Shown one piece after another: positions 47,482 to 56,860 of a DNA stretch of 64,000 nucleotides. Every line of letters begins with the position of its first letter. Position 1 is the first letter of the stretch. The stretch comes from Escherichia phage vB_EcoM_CUA3: sequence record PP410321. The stretch is one strand, 5' to 3'. A model generated the notes under the pieces. The model saw only the letters and a list, made by a program, of their open reading frames with translations. It was not told the origin of the DNA and did no database searches. A program made the position numbers and the translations under genes.

Positions 47482-48462
47482 TTATTTCAGAAGTGTAACT
47501 TCAGCGATTTCGCTCCAGTCATTTTTATCGGTGGCAATGAAGTCCGCCAGATAAAGAGCTGTACGTAATGATACGTTACGAAGGCGAGATACATTAGCCT
47601 TCATCCATGCTAAAGCTTGATAAGTCTCGGCATCGTTCAGACCACGGTTTTGCATCATATCAGTGGACAAGATAACGTCTTCAACACGAACCATAATCTC
47701 TTCGTTTGAGTGAACACCCAAGTCGAGATAAACGGAACGAGATACTAAAGCCTGGAGGTGTGGAGCAAGTTTAGTACCACGTTCTAATTCACGGTCAATA
47801 TCAACGTTGGTGATGAACACGATGGTGCCTTCGTATTCGAATTCTTTATCGATGTTTTTATCATCGAGATAAGAACTTGAAGTGCTCCAACATACCTTAC
47901 GTTTCTCGCCTGTATCCAATGCCGCTTTCAGAAGGTTCAGGATATCCATGTCAGAGAATACATCAACATCATCGATAAGAAGAACACTATTAGGGCCGCG
48001 GTTATTCCAAAGCTGCTCGTAAAGACCGATTCCACTAATCTTTCCGTTGATTGATTTATATTCGATAGTTTCATTTTCGTGGGCATTCTGTAATGCTTTA
48101 TCCAAAGAGTATGTTTTACCAATACCGGCGGCACCAGAGATGATAAGGGAACGAATTTTACCATCGATGATTCCGTTAGTCATCATGTTCATTACTTTAA
48201 AACGTTTGTTGATGCGGTGTTTCATTTCTTCGGCGGATTCGGTAATCGCTACAGGAGCTTCAGCACCTTCCATTTCGATGTCACATTTAAACACCCATAC
48301 ACCACGTTCAACACCATCAATCTGTACAAATACCTTACCATCACCGAGATGAGCTTCAGATTCATGAATTTTATTAGGAAACCAGGTTTTACCTGAACTC
48401 ATGAACGTACCAGAGATTTCATTACCGCGATAGATGCCTTTGTTGATTTTGATAGTTAACAT
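47482..48462 (-). CDS. P-loop NTPase (AAA-like ATPase)
   Basis: Walker A ISGAAGIGKTYSL, Walker B VLLIDDVD; start trimmed to ATG (MLTIKINKG) with GAAGGAGAA SD. Confidence 0.55.
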   Translation of the reverse strand: MLTIKINKGIYRGNEISGTFMSSGKTWFPNKIHESEAHLGDGKVFVQIDGVERGVWVFKCDIEMEGAEAPVAITESAEEMKHRINKRFKVMNMMTNGIIDGKIRSLIISGAAGIGKTYSLDKALQNAHENETIEYKSINGKISGIGLYEQLWNNRGPNSVLLIDDVDVFSDMDILNLLKAALDTGEKRKVCWSTSSSYLDDKNIDKEFEYEGTIVFITNVDIDRELERGTKLAPHLQALVSRSVYLDLGVHSNEEIMVRVEDVILSTDMMQNRGLNDAETYQALAWMKANVSRLRNVSLRTALYLADFIATDKNDWSEIAEVTLLK

Positions 48463-48477
48463 TTTATTCTCCTTCAC

Positions 48478-48508
48478 TCAGTAGATTTGATAGGTCCATA
48501 ATAACATG
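48478..48508 (-). promoter_or_regulatory. promoter cassette fragment (-10 and CCTATCAA box; -35 masked)
   Basis: minus-sense TGtTATTAT GGACCTATCAAATC; upstream half lies in an N run. Confidence 0.35.
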
Positions 48509-48799
48509 NNNNNNNNNNNNNNNNNNNNNNNNNNNNNNNNNNNNNNNNNNNNNNNNNNNNNNNNNNNNNNNNNNNNNNNNNNNNNNNNNNNNNNNNNNNN
48601 NNNNNNNNNNNNNNNNNNNNNNNNNNNNNNNNNNNNNNNNNNNNNNNNNNNNNNNNNNNNNNNNNNNNNNNNNNNNNNNNNNNNNNNNNNNNNNNNNNNN
48701 NNNNNNNNNNNNNNNNNNNNNNNNNNNNNNNNNNNNNNNNNNNNNNNNNNNNNNNNNNNNNNNNNNNNNNNNNNNNNNNNNNNNNNNNNNNNNNNNNNN

Positions 48800-48817
48800 T
48801 GATAGGTCTATAATAAC
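48800..48817 (-). repeat. promoter cassette fragment flanked by N runs
   Basis: GTTATTATAGACCTATCA on the minus strand, identical to the cassette core; implies an intergenic region and a masked small gene between 48509 and 48799. Confidence 0.35.
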
Positions 48818-48921
48818 NNNNNNNNNNNNNNNNNNNNNNACTTTTTTGCACTAAACCCAAAAAAGGNNNNNNNNNNNNNNNNNNNNNNNNNNNNNNNNNN
48901 NNNNNNNNNNNNNNNNNNNNN

Positions 48922-49892
48922 TCGACGAACTTGTCCCAGAACTTCATGTCCACCTTCGCAGGCATACCATTCTTAGCTGCCCAGATGGCATTGGTTTCGA
49001 CTTCATCAACTATAGCTTCGAGCTCAGCCTGTACATCTTTAAAAGCATGTAGCCCTTGTTTGATTTCAAGGATAAATGGTGCTGTTCGTAAAGGATATTG
49101 AAGGTCACCAGTTTGATAGATTTCCTTCAACTGGTATCCAGCCCGATAAGCATGGCTCAGAGCTTTCCAGTCAATACCTTCATTGGCTTCTGCCTTACGA
49201 GCGCGCTCGCCATATTCAGCATCAAGTTTATTCAGGGATTGCTTGAGCTCTGTAATTGATAACGTTGTTTGGTACTTACGTCCGAGAACAGTATAGAACG
49301 TTTGTGGACCTGTTTTCTCATGGTTATGGAATACCCATTCACAGAACTCGTTTTCAGGGAGTCTGTGTTTGATATCTTCTACCTTAGTACGACGNNNNNN
49401 NNNNNNNNNNNCTTCTTGATAGTCGACCCACTGTTCAGGAATCTGGTTAACGATTGCCAGTACACCACGCAGTGCAGCCAATCGAGAACCTTTAACACCA
49501 TATTTGGAAGCTTGCTTACGGACATACCCTAAATAGGCTTTCATGTTAGTTGTATAGAACCGAGAACGGTTGTCTTGGATAAACTTCCACACATCCGGTA
49601 AATCAGATTTGACTACCAGTTCAGGAGGGGTATGAATCATGTCTAGAGCAACAGTTTCACCTTCAGCGGCCAGTTTAAAGAAATATTTCAGACTATAAAG
49701 CTCATGGTCAATATCGTCTTTTGTATTTTTGGATGCAGTGTTATTCGTGTTCAGGTTGGTATGGTTCATTGCCGTACCCAACAGAATATCACGCGGATGA
49801 GGAACAAAGATTTCTTTAAAATCGACATCAGATTCTGGAGTACTTGTTCCATAAAGATGGCTACCGAAGTAGCCTTTCATAACTGTTCTCAT
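48922..49892 (-). CDS. Pol-beta-superfamily nucleotidyltransferase-like protein (3' end masked)
   Basis: N-terminal YFGSHLYGTSTPESDVDFKEIFVP matches the GS-x9-13-D-x-D minimal nucleotidyltransferase signature; the 472-aa track ORF is artificially extended through N runs and promoter fragments. Confidence 0.45.
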
Positions 49893-50351
49893 TTCTTAGC
49901 CTCAAAATGGATTACCGGACACATCTTAGATTTACGAGCTTTAATATATTGNNNNNNNNNNNNNNNNNNNNNNNNNNNNNNNNNNNNNNNNNNNNNNNNN
50001 NNNNNNNNNNNNNNNNNNNNNNNNNNNNNNNNNNNNNNNNNNNNNNNNNNNNNNNNNNNNNNNNNNNNNNNNNNNNNNNNNNNNNNNNNNNNNNNNNNNN
50101 NNNNNNNNNNNNNNNNNNNNNNNNNNNNNNNNNNAACAGGAGTACTCAATACAAAGAACTGCTCCAATATACCGGCACCTGCAACAGTTAAGCCGAAAAT
50201 AGTACTACCTGCAANNNNNNNNNNNNNNNNNNNNNCCCAAACCATTTTCCAGAAGTATGCNNNNNNNNNNNNNNNNNNNNNNNNNNNGNCATAAAAGCGG
50301 TCATGTAATTTAACATGCCAAGAGTTTTCATTGATAATCATAATATTTNCC

Positions 50352-50912
50352 TTAAGGGTTCATAGTTGGGATAACAGAGTTCAGATAAGATACTAAAACT
50401 TTTAGCTCGTCCTTCGTAAATACAACTTCATTTTCACCGTCGTGTCTTTGGACCAAGGATAGCAAATCACGGCCCTGGTGTTGATACACGGTTAGTTCGG
50501 TATCATAATCCATTTCTTCTTCATCACCTTCAAAGGTTTCACTAGAACGAATTACGGCATCTTGACCAGGGACTTTCCATTCAACTTCCGGCTTGCATTC
50601 TTCCTGGAACAGTTTAAAAATACATTTAAAGAAATTACTAGAATCGCTAATGCTCAGACATTCNNNNNNNNNNNNNNNNNNNNNNNNNNNNNNNNNNNNN
50701 NNNNNNNNNNNNNNNNNNNNNNNNNNNNNNNNNNNNNNNNNNNNNNNNNNNNNNNNNNNNNNNNNNTGTTTGTCCAAAACCTTTAAATCATAAAGCGGCT
50801 TGATATCTTGGATAGTCAGTACGATTTTATCGTCTTCTTGTGAAAGCACAATTGCATTATCAACTACTTCAGCAGTCAGGTCACCAAACAGCCCAGATGT
50901 TTCAATAATCAT
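50352..50912 (-). CDS. hypothetical acidic protein
   Basis: 186-aa ORF, partly N-masked. Confidence 0.4.
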   Translation of the reverse strand: MIIETSGLFGDLTAEVVDNAIVLSQEDDKIVLTIQDIKPLYDLKVLDKXXXXXXXXXXXXXXXXXXXXXXXXXXXXXXXXXXXECLSISDSSNFFKCIFKLFQEECKPEVEWKVPGQDAVIRSSETFEGDEEEMDYDTELTVYQHQGRDLLSLVQRHDGENEVVFTKDELKVLVSYLNSVIPTMNP

Positions 50913-50922
50913 TTTCCGTTCC

Positions 50923-51120
50923 TCACCGGTTATGTTTTAAAATACTATAAAGCTCTTCGACTTGGCTTGCATTCAGACAAATCATATCATTTTCTTGTTG
51001 GAGCGTGATTCCGCCTTTTTCTTCCCAATCTTTAACAAAGATGTCATCGTCAGACTCTTCGACATCTGCCAAAAGGACAATAATACCATCTTCAGAACAA
51101 CCGTTTGGATCGTATAACAT
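50923..51120 (-). CDS. hypothetical small acidic protein
   Basis: track ORF trimmed to the ATG (MLYDPNG) with GAGGAAA SD; the track start is TTG. Confidence 0.35.
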   Translation of the reverse strand: MLYDPNGCSEDGIIVLLADVEESDDDIFVKDWEEKGGITLQQENDMICLNASQVEELYSILKHNR

Positions 51121-51211
51121 TACAGTTTCCTCGCTAACCATGAAAAGAATAAACCTATTAAAACTGGACCAATAAGCATTGTAAGCCAAGCCCAAGGTTC
51201 AAGATAGTAAA

Positions 51212-51469
51212 TCATCTCATGCTCCTATGCCAGCAGTTACGTGGCTCACGTTTAAAAATTTCATCATGCATTGACTGACAACCTATACAGTATATCACAC
51301 CTTTGATAGCTTGACGTCGTGCTTCAGGAATCTCTTCATCACAATCAAAACAATATTTAGCCGATTCACGTTCAACTGCTACTTGCTTACGGGCGTGTAC
51401 TATAGCGGCCTGAACGACCGCTTCCATTTCTAGCTGTTCAGCTCCGTCCTTAGCAAATCCAACGGCCAT
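51212..51469 (-). CDS. DksA/TraR-type C4 zinc-finger protein
   Basis: 85-aa ORF; CFDCDEEIPEARRQAIKGVIYCIGC. Confidence 0.5.
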   Translation of the reverse strand: MAVGFAKDGAEQLEMEAVVQAAIVHARKQVAVERESAKYCFDCDEEIPEARRQAIKGVIYCIGCQSMHDEIFKREPRNCWHRSMR

Positions 51470-51920
51470 TATGCTTTCAACTCATTAAGATACTCAACCA
51501 AGGCTGCTTTAGAGTTAGCCAAATCCCGTTTACACTGCTCTATTCCGGAATACGAATAGCCTTCGCAATATTCAACAGCTAGGTCATTGGATGCGTTTTC
51601 AATGTGCTGGGCGAGTTTGATAATTTTCTCAATCTGTTCAGTAGTTAACATAANNNNNNNNNNNNNNNNNNNNNNNNNNNNNNNNNNNNNNNNNNNNNNN
51701 NNNNNNNNNNNNNNNNNNNNNNNNNNNNNNNNNNNNNNNNNNNNNNNNNNNNNNNNNNNNNNNNNNNNNNNNNNNNNNNNNNNNNNNNNNNNNNNNNNNN
51801 NNNNNNNNNNNNNNNNNNNNNNNNNNNNNNNNNNNNNNNNNNNNNNNNNNNNNNNNNNNNNNNNNNNNNNNNNNNNNNNNNNNNNNNNNNNNACTNTTCT
51901 CCTCATTAGTTGATAGGTCT

Positions 51921-51949
51921 ATAGTATCACGTTCCTAGAGGATGTAAAC
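51921..51949 (-). promoter_or_regulatory. early-type promoter
   Basis: minus-sense GTTTAC, 17 nt, TGaTACTAT, then AGACCTATCAACTAATGAGGAG. Confidence 0.6.
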
Positions 51950-51987
51950 ACCAAAACGAAAAAAGGTCCCACCGAAGTGAGACCTTT
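51950..51987 (-). terminator. rho-independent terminator
   Basis: 9-bp stem with one mismatch and UUCG loop, then TTTTTTCGTTTT on the minus-sense RNA; directly upstream of a promoter cassette. Confidence 0.55.
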
Positions 51988-51989
51988 GA

Positions 51990-52373
51990 TTATTCTAACG
52001 TTAACAAATACTTAGTTTGGTAAAAGACACCAGTGATGTCGTCCAAAGTCGATTGGATGGCCTTAGGAAGATTTTTGTAGATTTTATCAGACGCTTTAAT
52101 AAGTTCATCAAGAAAATCTATGGGGTCTTTAGGCAGTTCTGAAGCGGATGGGAGTGATGCTTTATATTCTTTGCCACTAAATCCTAGATACTGCTCACTG
52201 AACTGGTCTAGTGGTCCTTGAACTTCTGTATAATAGAAGTCATATGCTTTGTGTCTTGCATAGCTTTTGGTTTCCAAATGGGCTGACTTAAAATAGGCTA
52301 AAGAAACCAACAGCCAACCAATATAAGAATCCACTTCAGTCCCTCGACTAAGTACGAAATCATTGAATTTCAT
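51990..52373 (-). CDS. hypothetical protein
   Basis: 127-aa ORF, ATG start. Confidence 0.4.
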   Translation of the reverse strand: MKFNDFVLSRGTEVDSYIGWLLVSLAYFKSAHLETKSYARHKAYDFYYTEVQGPLDQFSEQYLGFSGKEYKASLPSASELPKDPIDFLDELIKASDKIYKNLPKAIQSTLDDITGVFYQTKYLLTLE

Positions 52374-52653
52374 TATCTACCTTCATTAGTTTCGCGTATC
52401 GTTCTCCGATAGCCCGACCTTCAATCGAGCAAGACTCTATTGTATTGCAATTTGAAATTTTCCAAGAAGCAGTTACATAAGCCCAGTAGTCTTCGGAGGC
52501 CTTTACACTAGGTTTACTCATTTGCGCATAAACTGGCATCGCACTACTAGCAAAGGCATCCATCAATTTAGGATCGGTTTTGTTTGCTAGTGAAGATGTC
52601 GGGCTTAAACATCCAATCATAAGGATACAAGCCACTGTACGGAAAATACCCAT
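52360..52653 (-). CDS. putative secreted protein/lipoprotein
   Basis: 97-aa ORF; signal peptide MGIFRTVACILMIGC. Confidence 0.4.
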   Translation of the reverse strand: MGIFRTVACILMIGCLSPTSSLANKTDPKLMDAFASSAMPVYAQMSKPSVKASEDYWAYVTASWKISNCNTIESCSIEGRAIGERYAKLMKVDNEIQ

Positions 52654-52746
52654 ACAAAAGTCCTTTGTTATTTTATACGAATTTGCCTTTCGGCCTTAAC
52701 CGATAGCGATTACCAAAAGCTAAAGCTCTACGGTTAGTATTACTAT

Positions 52747-53025
52747 TTATAGCTTTTTAAGCTTACGACAATACGAATAGAACACGTCGTTAAAATTATA
52801 TTCAACCCAATTCCTCTGTATAGGCGAGGTAATGGAAAGCATATAATGGGCTTTAATTAAATCCATTCCATTTTTATTAGGACATTCTTTATTATTAGCA
52901 TTATACGTCGCTGCTACAACTTCTATCTCTCTTTTGTAAGCCGCATCATCCATGATGGGCGAAAGAACAATATAAGAGATGGCCACAGCGAACGCTAGAA
53001 TTAAAATCTTTGAATTTAGGTCCAT
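52747..53025 (-). CDS. hypothetical membrane/secreted protein
   Basis: 92-aa ORF with N-terminal hydrophobic segment. Confidence 0.4.
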   Translation of the reverse strand: MDLNSKILILAFAVAISYIVLSPIMDDAAYKREIEVVAATYNANNKECPNKNGMDLIKAHYMLSITSPIQRNWVEYNFNDVFYSYCRKLKKL

Positions 53026-53032
53026 AGTACCC

Positions 53033-53605
53033 TCAACTCGTTATTTCTATCCAGTGCTTCCTGCACAATGACACGTAAGAATCGTTGCCACCTATAGAAA
53101 CTTGGGCTCCGTCCTTAATTGCGACACCATCTTGGACCCTAGCAGTCATAGTAGCTTTACGGCCGCAATGGCACACACCTTTGTACTCAACGAGTTTATC
53201 TGCCGTAGCGAGTAATTCAGCAGAACCAGGAAACAGTTTACCCTGAAAATCAGTTCTTAGCCCATAGCACATAACTGGAACATTATAATTGTCTACTATC
53301 TTTGCCAGTTGTTTTATCTGTGCAGGTTCTAAGAACTGTGCTTCATCCACAAATACACAGTGGATATCTTTTTGGGATTCAGCCCAACGATAGAACTCGT
53401 ATAGGTCCATATCCGGAGTCACTGCATTAGCCTCTTGACTAATCCCTATACGAGACGAAATGGTATGGCTTGATTCTCTATTGTCTATCGCAGGCTTTAA
53501 AAGGAGCACGCCCATACCACGTTCTTTGTAGTTATGGGCCGCTGTTAGCAATGAAGCGGTCTTACCTGAGTTCATTGCCGCATAATGAAAATAAAGTTGA
53601 GCCAT
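53033..53605 (-). CDS. tk: thymidine kinase
   Basis: 190-aa ORF; P-loop YAAMNSGKT, Walker B VFVDEAQF and C-terminal zinc ribbon CxxC...CxxH typical of type II TK. Confidence 0.85.
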   Translation of the reverse strand: MAQLYFHYAAMNSGKTASLLTAAHNYKERGMGVLLLKPAIDNRESSHTISSRIGISQEANAVTPDMDLYEFYRWAESQKDIHCVFVDEAQFLEPAQIKQLAKIVDNYNVPVMCYGLRTDFQGKLFPGSAELLATADKLVEYKGVCHCGRKATMTARVQDGVAIKDGAQVSIGGNDSYVSLCRKHWIEITS

Positions 53606-53614
53606 ATTACCTTC

Positions 53615-53800
53615 TTAAAGACTATTTACATAAGCAATTAATTCGTTTTCTTTCTCATCAAATCGATTAGCAAATTCTTCCAGATGGTCGGCATCTATCG
53701 GGCCATATTCATCGTAAAAAGCGTTTGCTTCGGCATGTTCATCCAAAAGCTCGTGGATAAGCTCAAACAATTTGTCTTTCTGTTCTTTACTCAAACTCAT
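53615..53800 (-). CDS. hypothetical small acidic protein
   Basis: 61-aa ORF. Confidence 0.35.
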   Translation of the reverse strand: MSLSKEQKDKLFELIHELLDEHAEANAFYDEYGPIDADHLEEFANRFDEKENELIAYVNSL

Positions 53801-54651
53801 TTAGGTTCACCATATCGCACAAATTTAGGATGTTCGCACCCACCAGAATAAAGGCCTTCGCCTTTATGGTTAATGCACCCTTTATTGGAACAGTACCACC
53901 AGTAATCATATTCGCAATTCATTTCATCATTGCATAAAGCTGCGATTACCGGCCATTCACATTTTTCACATTTAGCCGTTTTAAGAATTCTAGCTTGGCT
54001 CATAACCANNNNNNNNNNNNNNNNNNNNNNNNNNNNNNNNNNNNNNNNNNNNNNNNNNNNNNNNNNNNNNNNNNNNNNNNNNNNNNNNNNNNNNNNNNNN
54101 NNNNNNNNNNNNNNNNNNNNNNNNNNNNNNNNNNNNNNNNNNNNNNNNNNNNNNNNNNNNNNNNNNNNNNNNNNNNNNNNNNNNNNNNNNNNNNNNNNNN
54201 NNNNNNNNNNNNNNNNNNNNNNNNNNNNNNNNNNNNNNNNNNNNNNNNNNNNNNNNAATTTAGAAACCTTGTCCCAATCACCGCCAGCAATACCACAACC
54301 TATGCGCGGAATATAAATTCTTGGTTTAAACAAAAGGGTTTCTGCTTGTAGATTTAATTCTATCATACAGTTTACTAAAGCACCGTAATCAAGATTAGGG
54401 CCTGGTTCGTATTGGGTGTATAAATTATAGCANNNNNNNNNNNNNNNNNNNNNNNNNNNNNNNNNNNNNNNNNNNNNNNNNNNNNNNNNNNNNNNNNNNN
54501 NNNNNNNNNNNNNNNNNNNNNNNNNNNNNNNNNNNGCTAATTGACCCGCTACACCTGAACCCATAGTGTGAAAACAATTACACCCATGTGCAATAATATT
54601 ACCTTGGAGAAACAGGGCGACGATATCGCCCTTAATATAATTAATAATCAT
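53797..54651 (-). CDS. macro-domain protein with Cys-rich C-terminal region (two N-masked segments)
   Basis: N-terminal IKGDIVALFLQGNIIAHGCNCFHTMGSGVAGQL resembles the macro-domain ADP-ribose-binding core; C-terminus has 9 Cys (CEKCEW...CNDEMNC...CSNKGC...CEH); continuity across the Ns is unverified. Confidence 0.45.
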   Translation of the reverse strand: MIINYIKGDIVALFLQGNIIAHGCNCFHTMGSGVAGQLXXXXXXXXXXXXXXXXXXXXXXXXXXXXXXXXXXXCYNLYTQYEPGPNLDYGALVNCMIELNLQAETLLFKPRIYIPRIGCGIAGGDWDKVSKXXXXXXXXXXXXXXXXXXXXXXXXXXXXXXXXXXXXXXXXXXXXXXXXXXXXXXXXXXXXXXXXXXXXXXXXXXXXXXXXXXXXVMSQARILKTAKCEKCEWPVIAALCNDEMNCEYDYWWYCSNKGCINHKGEGLYSGGCEHPKFVRYGEPK

Positions 54652-55004
54652 TTAGAGTTTAGCCCTCGATTGTAAGAGTCAACGAGTCTGTCTACCATAG
54701 ACGCGCACATTTCTTTGTACTTTTTATCAGACGGAACACATTCAGTAACGTTTAGACGTTGCTCGTATCTTTTAGAAAGAGTTTTCTCTTTCATTCGGCG
54801 ATGCTCGACGTCGTTCTGCCCATCTTTAAAAGCAGCTGTTATTTTTGAACTGAATTCAATAACACATTCAGTATTACTCGGATGACAATAATCTTTTGCT
54901 GTACGGGTGGCATACTCGACAATTGAATTATTTGTATCATCAACCTGTGACGCTAATACTCCCGGAGCAATCAACATAAGCGCTATAGTCATCTGTTTAA
55001 TCAT
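54648..55004 (-). CDS. putative secreted protein
   Basis: 118-aa ORF; signal peptide MIKQMTIALMLIAPGVLA. Confidence 0.4.
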   Translation of the reverse strand: MIKQMTIALMLIAPGVLASQVDDTNNSIVEYATRTAKDYCHPSNTECVIEFSSKITAAFKDGQNDVEHRRMKEKTLSKRYEQRLNVTECVPSDKKYKEMCASMVDRLVDSYNRGLNSK

Positions 55005-55544
55005 TTAATATACCGCCTCAAACATCTTTTTAGATTTTAGGTAATTGGCCTTTTCTAGAACTTCAGAAGCATATTTACTACCTGCTTTGACATTCCAGCC
55101 CGCATTATAAGAAGCAATCGCTTTTCTCAGGTCACCTTTGTGAACATCAATCCAATAAGACAGTTCAATGTAGGCCCAAGAGGCACTGTTCTGTCGTTTT
55201 TGGACCATACGAATTATTTCTTTGTCTGACATCTTCCAACCTACCTGTTGAACACGACTTCTTAACGTAGGCAAGTAATTTTGGAACATGCCATAAGCAT
55301 GGTGCTTATCTTTATTTAAACCCTGATTAATTCCGGCAGATGATTCCTGCCATAACAATCCGGCCATTATATATCCTAATCCTTTTTGATTAGGGTTTTC
55401 TTTGAACTTTCCCGACTTTTGGTATTGTTCACCGAAAGCATACGCATAATGTAAATTATCGAGTTGTTCATTACTGAAAGTAGGCTCTACGCTATGGGCA
55501 GACATACTAACTGTCAATAGTAAAGTGGCTAATACTTTTTTCAT
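55005..55544 (-). CDS. secreted lytic transglycosylase (SLT domain)
   Basis: 179-aa ORF; signal peptide; WQESSAG (catalytic Glu-Ser), AYGMFQ and YNAGWN in SLT-domain order. Confidence 0.55.
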   Translation of the reverse strand: MKKVLATLLLTVSMSAHSVEPTFSNEQLDNLHYAYAFGEQYQKSGKFKENPNQKGLGYIMAGLLWQESSAGINQGLNKDKHHAYGMFQNYLPTLRSRVQQVGWKMSDKEIIRMVQKRQNSASWAYIELSYWIDVHKGDLRKAIASYNAGWNVKAGSKYASEVLEKANYLKSKKMFEAVY

Positions 55545-55556
55545 GAGACCTCATTA

Positions 55557-56015
55557 TTAAAGATAGATTACTTTCGTGCTGGTTTTACCTTCTAAACGTT
55601 TAGAGTTAACAAATGCCATACGGCATTTTAATGAATATCCTTTATCAGGATGTTTACGGTCTACGGTCATACCCAACCATAAGGTTTTATCGGTAATCTC
55701 GAGACGCAGTGGTCGATACACTTTACCTGGGACAATTTCAGATTCTACATCAGGAAGAGGCTCCTGGATTAAAAATTCATGGATTTCTTTAACATGATTG
55801 TGGAGCTTCTTGAACAAAGAGAAAACATATTTTTCGTCAATTTCACGTTGGATAGCACGGTCCAACAGGTGATTAGAGTACTTAATAAAGAAAGCTGGGA
55901 CACCGCTCTTGACGGCGGCTTTTTTGATGGACGCGTTAAGTTCACGAAATTCGGTTTCGAACTGTCGACGTAATTTGTTGCGGCGGATGAATACTTCTGA
56001 ATTAATTTCTGACAT
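55557..56015 (-). CDS. regB: RegB sequence-specific endoribonuclease
   Basis: 152-aa ORF collinear with T4 RegB (EVFIRRNKLRR...HLLDRAIQREIDE). Confidence 0.8.
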   Translation of the reverse strand: MSEINSEVFIRRNKLRRQFETEFRELNASIKKAAVKSGVPAFFIKYSNHLLDRAIQREIDEKYVFSLFKKLHNHVKEIHEFLIQEPLPDVESEIVPGKVYRPLRLEITDKTLWLGMTVDRKHPDKGYSLKCRMAFVNSKRLEGKTSTKVIYL

Positions 56016-56043
56016 TTTGTAATCTCCTGTAGTTGATAGGTCT

Positions 56044-56072
56044 ATAGTACCACGCCTACAGGAGATGTAAAC
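56044..56072 (-). promoter_or_regulatory. early-type promoter with SD-complementary spacer (regB)
   Basis: minus-sense GTTTAC, 17 nt, TGgTACTAT; spacer ATCTCCTGTAGG pairs with 5'UTR CTACAGGAGAT. Confidence 0.6.
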
Positions 56073-56077
56073 TGCTT

Positions 56078-56356
56078 TTAGTATTTCTCTTCAGGTTGGA
56101 AAACACCACGACAAGCCCACATAGAAGCTTCTTTCAANNNNNNNNNNNNNNNNNNNNNNNNNNNNNNNNNNNNNNNNNNNNNNNNNNNNNNNNNNNNNNN
56201 NNNNNNNNNNNNNNNNNNNNNNNNNNNNNNNNNNNNNNNNNCNTCTTCAAGCGCTTTAAAGATTAATCCCAATCGAACTTCAGCATCTTTGATGGCATTC
56301 ACTTTACCGATTTTATCGTCGGTATGTGGCTTGTAACCTTTGATATCTTCAATCAT
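56078..56356 (-). CDS. hypothetical protein (partly masked)
   Basis: 92-aa ORF. Confidence 0.3.
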   Translation of the reverse strand: MIEDIKGYKPHTDDKIGKVNAIKDAEVRLGLIFKALEXXXXXXXXXXXXXXXXXXXXXXXXXXXXXXXXXXXXLKEASMWACRGVFQPEEKY

Positions 56357-56571
56357 TTCACTTCCTCGCCAGTTGCGATATCATATTCTACCAAACGAAG
56401 GCCTTCANNTCCANCNCTNACCGAGATATACGTAGTCGGGTAAACCATTTCTTTACCATTCCACTGACCACCATCCCAGACTTCCAGAAAGTCTTGTTCN
56501 NNNNNNNNNNNNNNNNNNNNNNNNNNNNNNNNNNNNNCTGCATCAGAGCCTTCAATTGTCAATTTAGACAT
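56353..56571 (-). CDS. hypothetical protein (partly masked)
   Basis: 72-aa ORF. Confidence 0.3.
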   Translation of the reverse strand: MSKLTIEGSDAXXXXXXXXXXXXXEQDFLEVWDGGQWNGKEMVYPTTYISXXXGXEGLRLVEYDIATGEEVK

Positions 56572-56860
56572 ATTTTTTCCAGTCAGAAATCATACGAATC
56601 TCTTGGTCATAAGTCAAGAGACTACGAGTAATAATACCCTTACAAGGCCCTGAGATGAACTCGAGAGTGAAGTAAGGAACCAATTTCATTAATCGGATGC
56701 TTGGGGCATGGCATCTAAAACGAGAGCCCTTAAAGGGCCCTGTCATGAATACATATTCCAATGGATAGAAATAAGCATATTCGAAATTTGTAGTAAGGTC
56801 CTCTCTTCGAACCTTACGTGAGAAATAACAGAACTCAAAAAGCTCTTCATCAGTCATCAT
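56564..56860 (-). CDS. hypothetical protein
   Basis: 98-aa ORF. Confidence 0.35.
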   Translation of the reverse strand: MMTDEELFEFCYFSRKVRREDLTTNFEYAYFYPLEYVFMTGPFKGSRFRCHAPSIRLMKLVPYFTLEFISGPCKGIITRSLLTYDQEIRMISDWKKYV

